Part shown: positions 1-7,772 of the stretch, one piece after another
How positions within the stretch are numbered: the first letter of the stretch is position 1
How the letters are laid out: the number at the start of each line of letters is the position of its first letter
From: a virus
Reading direction: 5' to 3' (one strand)
IMG/VR virus record: IMGVR_UViG_3300032770_000036
Coordinates: 1-45,809 of that record
Length of the DNA stretch: 45,809 nt
The notes under the pieces: model-generated
The model's database searches: none
The model's input: the letters and a program-made list of their open reading frames with translations, nothing else
Told to the model about the DNA's origin: nothing
Program-made: the position numbers and the translations under genes

Positions 1-127
1 AAATTGGTCGGGTCGGTCGAGGCGGACGTCGGCGCGCCGACGACGGCGACGGGGATCGAGAAGCCCGAGCCGGTCCCGCCGACGCTGGCCGCCGCGACGC
101 CGAGCGTGTCCGTGGTCTTGTAGCCGG
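1..127. repeat. Terminal overlap, identical to 45683-45809
   Basis: Direct reading shows aaattggtcgggtcggtcgaggcgg...gtcttgtagccgg at both ends. It is 127 nt long and lies inside an ORF. Confidence 0.95.
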
Positions 128-728
128 TCCCGCGGGCTTCGAGCGCAACCGAGGAAATCGCGGTCCCGCCCGAGGCGATTTGGAACTGGCCCTTCGCGCC
201 CGAGCCCGAGCCGCCGGTGAAGGCGACGTTATCGTAGAACGCGCCCGTCGCCGCGACGGCGACCGACCAGCCCGAGCAGCCGGAGACGGAGCCGGTCAGC
301 GCGTCGTTGACGAGGTAGCCGGCGTTGTTCGCGCCGTGGCTGGTGATCGTGACGCTGATGACAGCGCCGCCGTAGGTGTTGACAGTCGCGACGGCGCCGG
401 TCGCGGCCGGCGTGGTGGCGTCGGTCAGGGCGACGGAGAAGCTGCCAGCCGCGCAGCCCGAGCCGCCGGTGATGGTCCCGAGCGACAGAACCGCCGTCCC
501 GGACGTGTAGCCGGAGCCGCCGGTGCGCGTCCCGAGGCTGCCGATCCCGCCGGTCGTGGTCGGAAAGACCGTGTTCGCCGCGCCGCCGAAGACGCCGGTG
601 AGCGCGATCGGGCCGGTATCCCACTGGATATTGTTGGAGGAGAAGAAGCCGGGCCTCGGCGGCGCGGCCTGCGCCCCAGCTAGGCTGAGCGCGAGGGCGC
701 TGACAGAGGCGATGAGGGCGCGCTTCAT
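1..728 (-). CDS. Signal-peptide tail-fibre/beta-helix-like protein, N-terminal part (gene crosses the contig junction and continues 45682 to 44389; 673 aa in total)
   Basis: My own reverse translation from ATG 728 gives MKRALIASVSALALSLAGAQA-APPRPGFF..., followed by GGxGY-type repeats. There is no stop before position 1. The frame joins exactly: 728+1294 = 2022 nt = 674 codons, matching track ORF 44389..45675. Confidence 0.7.
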   Translation of the reverse strand, partial: MKRALIASVSALALSLAGAQAAPPRPGFFSSNNIQWDTGPIALTGVFGGAANTVFPTTTGGIGSLGTRTGGSGYTSGTAVLSLGTITGGSGCAAGSFSVALTDATTPAATGAVATVNTYGGAVISVTITSHGANNAGYLVNDALTGSVSGCSGWSVAVAATGAFYDNVAFTGGSGSGAKGQFQIASGGTAISSVALEARGTGYKTTDTLGVAAASVGGTGSGFSIPVAVVGAPTSASTDPTN

Positions 729-773
729 GCGCCCCGACAGAGCGCGGGCGCGCGCGCCCCTCAACGCACTCCT

Positions 774-1115
774 TTAGTGCGCCGGGCCGCGCTTGAACGT
801 GGGCTGCTCGACCGCGGCGCCGCTCTTCTCAAGAGCCTGCTTCACCGCGCCGGCGGCGCCTATGAGCAGCATCAGGCCGGTGGCGCACTTGGGGTCGCCG
901 CAGCGGCACTGAACGCCGCCGGCCTCGATCGCGCCGACAAGGGCGGTCAGGGCGATGGTGGCCGCGTCCATCGCGTCGAGCTCAGCGAGCTTGCCCTCGG
1001 GGCCGCTGGCGATGATGCGGCGGATCGGAGCGCCGTCGGCGTCCGGGGCCTCGTCGAAGAGGCGGAACAGGAAGGAGGCTTCGTTGCGGGCGACGGGCTC
1101 GGTTTTCGCGCTCAT
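774..1115 (-). CDS. Hypothetical protein (113 aa)
   Basis: Track ORF with strong G/C third-position bias. It is the last small gene before the secreted-protein cassette. Confidence 0.55.
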   Translation of the reverse strand: MSAKTEPVARNEASFLFRLFDEAPDADGAPIRRIIASGPEGKLAELDAMDAATIALTALVGAIEAGGVQCRCGDPKCATGLMLLIGAAGAVKQALEKSGAAVEQPTFKRGPAH

Positions 1116-1233
1116 GGCCGCACCTTCGATCTGCCAGCGAGGCCGAGGGCCGCGCGCTTGCGGGCGTTGGCCGAGGCGATCTCCTTCGCGAGGTCGACCC
1201 GGAAGTTGCGCTTGCTCGATACTGACGAGCCTA

Positions 1234-1350
1234 TCACGTAATAGGCCCCGGCAGCGTCAGCACACAGACCATGACAGGCAAGTCCTGGCTGTAGAGAAAG
1301 TCCTCATCGATGATCGTAACCGAGATTTCTTCTGTTCTATTTTCGGACAT
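1234..1350 (-). CDS. Hypothetical small protein (38 aa, start at internal ATG 1350)
   Basis: Track ORF 1234..1440 trimmed to MSENRTEEISV.... The upstream part of that ORF overlaps a hairpin and a promoter-like region. Confidence 0.25.
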   Translation of the reverse strand: MSENRTEEISVTIIDEDFLYSQDLPVMVCVLTLPGPIT

Positions 1351-1373
1351 GGTTATGCAACCTATAAATAGCC

Positions 1374-1399
1374 CCGGCGCGACGCCGACATCGCGCCGG
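1374..1399 (-). terminator. GC-rich hairpin followed by a U-rich run on the minus strand (candidate intrinsic terminator or attenuator)
   Basis: ccggcgcga (1374-1382) pairs with tcgcgccgg (1391-1399) around an 8-nt loop. The minus-strand 3' flank reads GGCUAUUUAUAGG. Confidence 0.4.
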
Positions 1400-1461
1400 C
1401 CGGGGCAGTCTAAGGAGGAAACGCCATCGGACTGGTTCATCCTCTAGCGATAAAAACGTCT

Positions 1462-1475
1462 CACGCTTTTGCGAT
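1462..1475. promoter_or_regulatory. Operator variant CACGCTTTTGCGAT
   Basis: Hybrid half-site version of the 14-bp palindrome. It is the reverse complement of the 12028-12041 site. Confidence 0.45.
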
Positions 1476-1479
1476 AAAG

Positions 1480-1821
1480 TCAAGCACGCTTTTGCGTGTC
1501 GTCTCCGTCCCACTTTTCGAGCTGGTCGGCGTTGTAAATGTGGACTGAGCCGGGCTCGTGCAGGCTTTCGACGGCGACGCCGAACTCGGTGAGGCTTGTG
1601 CGGTAGAAGCCGACGACGCGGCCCCGCCAGGATGCGCCGCGCTTCGTCCGCACAAGGTCATGCGTGGCGAAGGGCCAACCGAGGAAGGTCGCCAGGTTGC
1701 AGGCCCGCATCGGGGGCGAGGCGAGGGCCTTGTCGATCTCGGAGAAGTCCTCGACCGCCTGAACCTCGGCCTTGCTCAATTGGGGTGCGCAGGCGCCGGA
1801 GGCGTCGCCGTCGAGAACCAT
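1480..1821 (-). CDS. Hypothetical protein (113 aa)
   Basis: Track ORF with high GC3. It abuts the upstream gene (1821/1822). Confidence 0.6.
   Translation of the reverse strand: MVLDGDASGACAPQLSKAEVQAVEDFSEIDKALASPPMRACNLATFLGWPFATHDLVRTKRGASWRGRVVGFYRTSLTEFGVAVESLHEPGSVHIYNADQLEKWDGDDTQKRA
1485..1498. promoter_or_regulatory. Operator palindrome CACGCTTTTGCGTG
   Basis: Perfect CACGC-N4-GCGTG inverted repeat. It overlaps the last codons of ORF 1480..1821. Confidence 0.55.
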
Positions 1822-2232
1822 TTACCCCTCCACGATCCCGAGGGCGATCTCGATGGCGCGGAGGTCGGCCTCGACGCCATCAAGGCCGAACATCGCTGCG
1901 CCAAGCCGGAGATGGAGTGTGGGCAGCAAACCTTCGGCGTTCGCGTCGACAGGCCCCGGGACGCCCCTCACCTTCGGCGGCGTGCCGGTTAGGGCGCCGC
2001 GCACGAACGCCAGGCGCGAATGCAGAGCCGCCGCGTTCGCCGCCAAGACCGCCGCCGCGTTCAGCACATCGCTACCCTTCGCCATAGCCTGCAGAAGCTC
2101 GTCCGTCGGCGTCCGCCCTTTCAGCGCCGCCTCTACGGCCTTGTGGCCCGCGGCCTCGGCGGTATAGCCATGCCCAGCGATCGGCTCGCGCCCAGCGACC
2201 CACTCCGCCGGCGACTTGAACTCGTGTCCCAT
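1822..2232 (-). CDS. Hypothetical protein (136 aa)
   Basis: Track ORF with high GC3, packed directly against the neighbouring gene. Confidence 0.6.
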   Translation of the reverse strand: MGHEFKSPAEWVAGREPIAGHGYTAEAAGHKAVEAALKGRTPTDELLQAMAKGSDVLNAAAVLAANAAALHSRLAFVRGALTGTPPKVRGVPGPVDANAEGLLPTLHLRLGAAMFGLDGVEADLRAIEIALGIVEG

Positions 2233-2253
2233 GCTTCTCTCCCTGGTTGAACC

Positions 2254-2331
2254 TCACGTCTCGCGCACGAGCACCAGCGCGATGAAGATCACGATCAGCG
2301 CCAGCACGATGTCCTGAGCCTCATGCGGCAT
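2254..2331 (-). CDS. 25-aa hydrophobic peptide
   Basis: My own translation gives MPHEAQDIVLALIVIFIALVLVRET. It overlaps the stop of the upstream gene by 11 nt and is too short for the ORF track. Confidence 0.3.
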   Translation of the reverse strand: MPHEAQDIVLALIVIFIALVLVRET

Positions 2332-2659
2332 GGGCGATCTCCTGGGCTAAGCCTCCGCTGACAGGAACGCCCGCTGACAGATCCGCCAGGCAGGCGCGCG
2401 CTTCCTGTTCGTCCGTGAAAAAATGAATGCCGTCGGGCGAGGCGACCCACGAGCCATCGATGTAGAGCGTCATCGGATCCCAGATCGAGACGCCGACCAT
2501 CCCGTCGACCTCGCGCACGAACACTCGCGGCGCATGGCAGCGCGAGGCGTAGGTGCGCGTGACCTCGTTCGCGGGCACAAGCAGCCGGCACAGCACGAAG
2601 CGCGAGGGGTCGACGAAGTCGTGGACGATCTTGAAGCCGACGAGGAAGGGCTGCGTCAT
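2321..2659 (-). CDS. Hypothetical protein (112 aa; start moved to ATG 2659)
   Basis: Track ORF 2321..2806 trimmed to MTQPFLVGFKIV.... The upstream gene ends at 2662. Confidence 0.55.
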   Translation of the reverse strand: MTQPFLVGFKIVHDFVDPSRFVLCRLLVPANEVTRTYASRCHAPRVFVREVDGMVGVSIWDPMTLYIDGSWVASPDGIHFFTDEQEARACLADLSAGVPVSGGLAQEIAHAA

Positions 2660-2661
2660 GG

Positions 2662-2868
2662 TCAGACGCCGAAGAAGTGGACGACCCCGAGCCGCGTCCA
2701 GCCCAGGAAGCAGGCGACGATCCCGGCCCGCGCGAAGAGGTTGATCAACGAGCGCGGCGGAAAGCGCGCGGCGCGGAAGGCCGACGGCGTCATGAGATAG
2801 ACCCACGCGGGGTAGAGCAGCGTGAGGATGACGAGGGCGAGGAACAGGAGGTCGAGGGCGAGGGCCAT
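2662..2868 (-). CDS. Small membrane protein (68 aa)
   Basis: Track ORF with two hydrophobic stretches (LALDLLFLALVILTLLYPAWVYL and AGIVACFLGW). Confidence 0.55.
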   Translation of the reverse strand: MALALDLLFLALVILTLLYPAWVYLMTPSAFRAARFPPRSLINLFARAGIVACFLGWTRLGVVHFFGV

Positions 2869-3074
2869 CTGTCAGGGGACCGGGTGCGTGGGGGAAAAAT
2901 TGTGCGGGGGATGCTGGAGCGCGCGCGGCCCTCCCGATTTTCGAACCCCGGCGGCCCGCTGGTGCGATTGAGAGGGACCGGGTAGGGGGTCGCGATCGGC
3001 GTCGAGCTGAGCGCGTTCCACTCGGTCTGATCGAACGGATGCAAGCGAGATCAATGGCTTAGCCTCTGTTTCGC

Positions 3075-3458
3075 TTAATTGCCGGTTACGGTGCGGGCTG
3101 CGCTGCCGGCGCCAGCGCTGTCAGCGCGGCTGTCAGTGGCAGCGCGTGACAGAATGCTCGGGCGCGCGAGGCCTGGGCATGAAGTCCTCAGCCCCAGCAT
3201 CCCATTCGCTCGCTTGTCTGTGCGCTCGCCCTGGCGCTTGTCCGCTCGCCTGCCGCGTCGCTCGCCGTAGCGTCTGTCAGCCCGTCGCCTGACGTGCTCT
3301 TCCTCGCCTTCGATCTGTCGCTCGATCGTCGCGACGCTCACGCCGTCCCTCAGCATGCCGAGGATCCTGCCAGCGTTGAAGTCCAGCGCCGTGTATCTCA
3401 GCCGCTCGCGTAGGGTCTGCGGCAGCGCGTCGAATGCGGCCATCGTGGTCTTGCTCAT
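3075..3458 (-). CDS. Hypothetical protein with an Arg/Asp-rich repetitive C-terminal tail (127 aa)
   Basis: Track ORF. Its start overlaps the stop of the upstream gene by 4 nt. Confidence 0.5.
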   Translation of the reverse strand: MSKTTMAAFDALPQTLRERLRYTALDFNAGRILGMLRDGVSVATIERQIEGEEEHVRRRADRRYGERRGRRADKRQGERTDKRANGMLGLRTSCPGLARPSILSRAATDSRADSAGAGSAARTVTGN

Positions 3459-4024
3459 GGCGCTGCCTCTGTCACGGCTTCAGGCTCGGCGATCGGGCTG
3501 GCGTCGATGGTCACGGGCTGGGCGGCGGGCAGCGCTGGCGCAGCGTCAGCCTTGAGCCTGATGACGTAGCCGGGATTGATCGCGACGTTGTTCGTCGTCT
3601 GATTGACGGTGACGCTGACAGATGCGGGCCCGTCGCGCCCTTCGATCGCTTGGATCGCCTTGAGCCTTACCGTCTTGATGGCGGCTGAGCCGTCGCCCTC
3701 TTCGTCTCGAATGGCGATCGCGGCTTTGAGGTTGCGCACGAGCTCGCCGGTGCGCAGCGCGTCGAGGCAGCGGGCGAATTCTTCGCGGAAGGCGCGCTGC
3801 GATAGCTGGGCTTGGCAGCGCGACATGCGAAAGCCCATGTACTTGCTGGCCTGGCGCAGCGTCAGCGGCTCGAAAGCCGGGACAAGCTCGTCGCCGATCA
3901 TTTCGCTGTCGGGCAGGCCGAACGCCATGAGGCGGGCCAGTTCCCGCAAGTCGTCATCGTCCGGCGTGCCTTTCCATGTCGGGCGGCCTTCGGTCTGGCG
4001 CGTCTCGGCAGTCTGTTCGCTCAT
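3455..4024 (-). CDS. Hypothetical protein (189 aa; start at ATG 4024), first gene of the long minus-strand block
   Basis: Track ORF 3455..4114 trimmed to MSEQTAETRQ.... The helical mid-region has only a weak DNA-binding or small-terminase-like flavour. Confidence 0.5.
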   Translation of the reverse strand: MSEQTAETRQTEGRPTWKGTPDDDDLRELARLMAFGLPDSEMIGDELVPAFEPLTLRQASKYMGFRMSRCQAQLSQRAFREEFARCLDALRTGELVRNLKAAIAIRDEEGDGSAAIKTVRLKAIQAIEGRDGPASVSVTVNQTTNNVAINPGYVIRLKADAAPALPAAQPVTIDASPIAEPEAVTEAAP

Positions 4025-4252
4025 CGTGGGTGGGTGAGGCTCTGGGCGCACGCATGCGCGAGGCTTGGCTTGCGCGGGGAAATCCGCGCCCAAATCGCCT
4101 TTTCTCCAACGCACCAGCGCATCGCTTCGCGCGCGAGGCCGAATACGTGAGTTATATCAATAGCATGTATAGTGGCCCATCAAACAAGTCAGCTACCCTG
4201 ACCTATTGACGGTGCGTCGCGAAGCAGGGGTTTATGCGCGTATCTGCACACT

Positions 4253-4564
4253 ATGGCGCGGCCCAAACTCGACCCTTCGGCGTTCGATGAAACCGTCCGC
4301 GGCGCGGTCGCGCTGGCGGCCTGGGGACGGCTCACGGCGGGCGAAGTGGCGAGCGCGCTGGGCGTGCATCCCGAGACGATCCGACGCTGGTCACGCGCCT
4401 TCTACGGCCGTTCGCCGAGCGAAGCGCGACGAACCTACGTGCGCAAGCTGATCGCCCAGGCCGAAGGCGTCGGCAAACGTCCCTTGACCAAAGCGCAGAT
4501 GCGCCACGCGCAAGAGACGCGCGGAACCCCTGACAGCGAAAACCACAGCACAATCAACGGCTGA
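4253..4564 (+). CDS. HTH DNA-binding protein (103 aa)
   Basis: Track ORF. LTAGEVASALGVHPETIRRWSRAF reads as a helix-turn-helix. Confidence 0.6.
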   Translation: MARPKLDPSAFDETVRGAVALAAWGRLTAGEVASALGVHPETIRRWSRAFYGRSPSEARRTYVRKLIAQAEGVGKRPLTKAQMRHAQETRGTPDSENHSTING

Positions 4565-4607
4565 CAGACGTTTTGCACGCAAAAACGATAAATCTGTCAG
4601 TCGCCTA

Positions 4608-4636
4608 TTGCACGCTAAAGCGTGTTGTGCGATAAA
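4608..4636 (+). promoter_or_regulatory. Candidate sigma70-type promoter TTGCAC-17-GATAAA
   Basis: The -35 is at 4608-4613 and the -10 at 4631-4636. The operator at 4611-4624 overlaps the -35 and spacer. Confidence 0.35.
4611..4624. promoter_or_regulatory. Operator palindrome CACGCTAAAGCGTG
   Basis: Perfect CACGC-N4-GCGTG in the intergenic region. Confidence 0.55.
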
Positions 4637-4644
4637 TCGCATTA

Positions 4645-4658
4645 CACGCAAAAGCGTG
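4645..4658. promoter_or_regulatory. Operator palindrome CACGCAAAAGCGTG (extends to TTACACGC-AAAA-GCGTGTAA, 4642-4661)
   Basis: Perfect inverted repeat, 26 nt upstream of ATG 4684. Confidence 0.55.
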
Positions 4659-4683
4659 TAACGAACGTCTTGGAGAGAACGTC

Positions 4684-4788
4684 ATGCGCTTGTCACTCGA
4701 AATCCTCGCCTTCCTGGCGCTGCTTGCGGCTTACGCCTGCGTCGCCGCCTTCGCCGGCGTCTGCCTCGCCCTCTCGCTCGGAGCTTGA
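4684..4788 (+). CDS. 34-aa hydrophobic peptide
   Basis: My own translation gives MRLSLEILAFLALLAAYACVAAFAGVCLALSLGA. Its stop lies 6 nt before the next ATG. Confidence 0.3.
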   Translation: MRLSLEILAFLALLAAYACVAAFAGVCLALSLGA

Positions 4789-4793
4789 TCGTC

Positions 4794-6356
4794 ATGGCGA
4801 TCCTCAACGACCGCGCGCTGATCACGATCAGCGCCGAGAGCCGCGCCCTCATCCGCGCCGCGATCCGCAGAAGCCCGGGCTGGCGCGCCTACGCCCTTGA
4901 GCGCGACGTCGATCTGTCAGACCTGACAGCGCGCGACGCGATCTTCGATTGCTGCGACGCGCTCGGGATCGATATCGCCGCGACGATCGCCGCCGGCGCG
5001 CAAGACGAGCCGCCCCCGCCGCCGAAAAAGCGCGGCTCGAAAGCTGCGCCTGTCATCGCCCGCCGAACCGAATTCGTCTCGACGTGGAAAAACGGCGAGC
5101 TCCCCCGCGACATTCAGCCCTCGCAAATCATCGCCGTGCTCGGGTTCGATCCTGCCCTGCCCGAGCAAGACGACGATGACGACGTCAAGGTCACGATGAA
5201 ATGGGACTTCACGATCGACGGCGAGCCGGCCGCGATTTGGGATTACAAGGGCGCACGCTGGTCGACGTTCGGCTGCGAGCGCATCGCGCATCTGTTCGCG
5301 TCGCCCCAAGCCCCGCAAGCCCCTCCCGCACCCGCTGGGATCGCCTACCAGCGGCCGCCCCCGCCCACGGCCGCCCCCGCCGCTCCCGTCCCGCAGGAAG
5401 CCGCTACACAGCTTCTCAGCCTCATCGCAGGCCTAGCGCCCAAGGCGACGATGGATGCGGCCGCTGTCACGGCGATTGTCGGCCAATTTGTCGAGGAGCG
5501 CGTCGACCCCGCATTCCTGGAATGGGCGACCACGACAAAGGCGCTCATGGGGCGCGTCTCGGCGATCGAGAACCGCGAAGCGCCCGCCATCGTCGTCAAG
5601 CTGCAGCGAGGCGACACCATCGCTCAAATCGAGGGTCATCATCATCCCAAGTTCGCGACCCTGCTTCGCGCGCTCGGCTCGCGCCAGGCGGACGGCTACG
5701 CCCCGAACGTATGGATCGCCGGGCCCGCGGGGTCTGGCAAGACGCATGCGGCCAAGATGGCGGCGAAGGCGATCGGCGTCGCCTGGCATTACAACGGCGC
5801 CCTCAGCATGCCGCATGAGCTCTTGGGCTTCATCGATGCGGCCGGCAAATATCATCGCACGCCGTTCCGCGAGGCCTACGAACACGGCGGCGTGTACCTG
5901 TTTGACGAAGTCGACGGGAGCGACAACTCGGCGTTGCTCGCGCTCAACGCCGCGCTCGCCAACGGGACAGCGACGTTCCCCGACGGCCAGGTCAAGCGAC
6001 ACGTTGACAGCTATATCATTGGGACTGCGAACACTTGGGGCTTGGGCGCGACTGCGGAGTATGTTGGCAGATCCAAGATCGACGCGGCGTTCCTGTCACG
6101 CTTTCCTGTCAGGCTCGCATGGGACTATGATGAGCCGCTTGAGCGCAATATCTCGGGCAATGAGGCTTTCGCGAAGCGCGTTCAGCGCGCTCGCGCCATG
6201 GCGCGCTCGGCCGGCCTCAAAGTTCTCATCGATCCCCGCGCCTCGATCGCCGGCGCGGCGCTGATCGCCAACGGGGCGAGCGAGGCCGAGGCGGCCGAGC
6301 TCACCTATCTCGCCAATCTCACGGCCGAACAGCGCCGCATGGTCGGGGAGGGCTGA
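4794..6356 (+). CDS. AAA+ ATPase (AAA_5/MoxR/CobS-like) with an N-terminal extension and a Pro-rich linker
   Basis: Walker A is GPAGSGKT and Walker B is VYLFDEVD. An arginine-finger-like GRSKIDAAFLSRF follows, and the linker reads QAPQAPPAPAG...PPPPTAAPAAPVP. The start was moved from TTG 4785 to ATG 4794. Confidence 0.75.
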   Translation: MAILNDRALITISAESRALIRAAIRRSPGWRAYALERDVDLSDLTARDAIFDCCDALGIDIAATIAAGAQDEPPPPPKKRGSKAAPVIARRTEFVSTWKNGELPRDIQPSQIIAVLGFDPALPEQDDDDDVKVTMKWDFTIDGEPAAIWDYKGARWSTFGCERIAHLFASPQAPQAPPAPAGIAYQRPPPPTAAPAAPVPQEAATQLLSLIAGLAPKATMDAAAVTAIVGQFVEERVDPAFLEWATTTKALMGRVSAIENREAPAIVVKLQRGDTIAQIEGHHHPKFATLLRALGSRQADGYAPNVWIAGPAGSGKTHAAKMAAKAIGVAWHYNGALSMPHELLGFIDAAGKYHRTPFREAYEHGGVYLFDEVDGSDNSALLALNAALANGTATFPDGQVKRHVDSYIIGTANTWGLGATAEYVGRSKIDAAFLSRFPVRLAWDYDEPLERNISGNEAFAKRVQRARAMARSAGLKVLIDPRASIAGAALIANGASEAEAAELTYLANLTAEQRRMVGEG

Positions 6357-6359
6357 CCG

Positions 6360-7226
6360 ATGCGCCGTCTCTCTCTCTCTAGCCCCGACATCATCCGGGC
6401 CAAGATCCATCGCCGCTCGACCGATCACTTCATGCTGTTCGACGGCATGGGCGAGCTCGCGGAACACTACGCGCAGATCCCTTGTCGCCGTCCGCGAGCC
6501 GATGCTTGGGTCGGTTATCTCAGCGCCGATGAGGCGCGCGAGCGCACACGCTACGGCGACCTGTCGCTTGTCGAGCCGAGCGACAAGCTTCTGGCGCGCA
6601 TGGAACAGGTCGAAATGCCGACGTCGCGCGCCAGGCTCGCCGATGACGTCTGCGGCGCGCTGCCGAATGTTCCCGCCTTCATCGCCGGCCATCCCCTCAA
6701 CATGCGCCGGCGCAAGCGCGAGGAAAGCGCCGCCGCGCCGCTCGCTATCATCGCCGACCTGACGACGTCGGCGGCCCTCAGCGCGGCGCAAATCGCGACG
6801 CGCGGCGCGGCTATTCTCGCCCTCGTGCGCGCCCTGTCAGCGCGGCGCCCGATCGAGCTATGGGTGTGCGCCATGCTCGACGCTGACAATTACCAGAATT
6901 GCGTCACGATCGCGGCGCGTATCGAAACGACGCCCCTGGATCTCGCCCGCGCGGCGTTCGCGCTGACGCACGCCGCGTTCCCCCGGCGCGTGCTTTACGA
7001 TCATGCGCACCACTTTCACGGCTACAAAGGCCAATGGCCTTACGGGACGGCCGCCCTCACGCGCGAGCAAATGGAGGCGGTTTGCGCGCCCGCCTTCTCG
7101 CACGTCAGCGAGACGCTATGCATCCCGGGCTTGCACCTGCAAGACCCGCTCCTCGCTGATCCCATCAAATGGGTCGAAGGCAAGATCGCCGAGCACGGCG
7201 CTGTCAATCTCGACGATGCGGCGTGA
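6360..7226 (+). CDS. Partner protein of the AAA+ ATPase (288 aa; possibly a degenerate vWA/CobT-like protein)
   Basis: Track ORF starting 4 nt after the ATPase stop. IIADLTTSAALS weakly resembles a MIDAS DxSxS motif. The function is not established. Confidence 0.5.
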   Translation: MRRLSLSSPDIIRAKIHRRSTDHFMLFDGMGELAEHYAQIPCRRPRADAWVGYLSADEARERTRYGDLSLVEPSDKLLARMEQVEMPTSRARLADDVCGALPNVPAFIAGHPLNMRRRKREESAAAPLAIIADLTTSAALSAAQIATRGAAILALVRALSARRPIELWVCAMLDADNYQNCVTIAARIETTPLDLARAAFALTHAAFPRRVLYDHAHHFHGYKGQWPYGTAALTREQMEAVCAPAFSHVSETLCIPGLHLQDPLLADPIKWVEGKIAEHGAVNLDDAA

Positions 7227-7237
7227 GGGGGGCTTGC

Positions 7238-7426
7238 ATGACAGATCCCCTTTTCGAGAACTTCTACCGCTGCGAGGCCTGCGGCGGGCGCGAGTGGCGC
7301 GACTACTGGCAGCATCAATGCAACGATCGCTGCCCGGTCTGCCAGCGCGAGACAGAACCCTACAAGAGCTTCGAGGTTGATCCCGAACAGAACGTCGCAG
7401 AGGGATGGCGCATCGATGTTGATTGA
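7238..7426 (+). CDS. Zinc-ribbon protein (62 aa)
   Basis: Track ORF 7169..7426 trimmed to MTDPLFENFYRCEACGG...CPVCQRE, which carries two CxxC pairs. Confidence 0.55.
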   Translation: MTDPLFENFYRCEACGGREWRDYWQHQCNDRCPVCQRETEPYKSFEVDPEQNVAEGWRIDVD

Positions 7427-7772
7427 ACTGACAGCGGCCGAGGCTTTCGAGCTCAAGGCCGCCGCTTCGCGCCGCCGGGCGCTACGCCCGATCGCCGCGC
7501 GGATCTCTGTAGAAATGATTGCTCGCGCGGCGGCGCTTGAGGCCTCGGCCAAGACCTGGGATAACCCCGGCCTTAAGGCCTGCCCGGGCTGTCCTTGGGA
7601 CGCCGGAAGATCGCGCCGCCGGCGAGGTGAGAACTCGCCAGCGGCGCTAACCGAACCAAAGGATGGATCCCTATGGAAACGGCTGTTCACCAGCATAGCA
7701 CAACTGCGCGCGCACGTCGAATTCACGCGTCTGCGCCGCCTTTCGGCCGAGCCTCCCGACGCCGCCCCTTGA
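7416..7772 (+). CDS. Hypothetical protein (118 aa)
   Basis: Track ORF 7377..7772 trimmed to MLIELTAAE.... It converges with the XRE gene and overlaps it by 50 nt. Confidence 0.4.
   Translation: MLIELTAAEAFELKAAASRRRALRPIAARISVEMIARAAALEASAKTWDNPGLKACPGCPWDAGRSRRRRGENSPAALTEPKDGSLWKRLFTSIAQLRAHVEFTRLRRLSAEPPDAAP

Noticed and set aside
1-127. The 127-nt terminal duplication as a biological direct terminal repeat or LTR
   Set aside because: It lies inside a continuous ORF, and closing the circle restores the frame exactly. An odd length of 127 is typical of an assembler k-mer overlap. A real terminal repeat cannot be excluded without read data.
180-1371. Plus-strand ORFs 180..683, 523..777, 777..1241 and 955..1371
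   Set aside because: They lie opposite well-supported minus-strand genes and have Arg/Ala/Gly-rich shadow composition.
2925-2965. tRNA-like fragment (gattttcgaaccccggcgg resembles a T-loop, with nearby tgg/tggtgcg)
   Set aside because: I could not build a T-stem, an acceptor stem or a cloverleaf on either strand, and the loop is 9 nt rather than 7.
2790-3054. Track ORFs 2790..3044 and 2872..3054 in the 206-nt gap upstream of the 68-aa membrane gene
   Set aside because: Both use TTG starts. One overlaps the membrane gene by 78 nt, and the other is separated from it only by an in-frame TGA. The compositions are Pro/Arg/Ser-rich. GC3 is suggestive for part of 2790..3044 but not enough to call a gene, so they are left unannotated.
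3455-4024. Small terminase assignment for the 189-aa protein
   Set aside because: There is only a vague helical or HTH resemblance, and the gene lies about 12 kb of transcription away from terL. It is kept as hypothetical.
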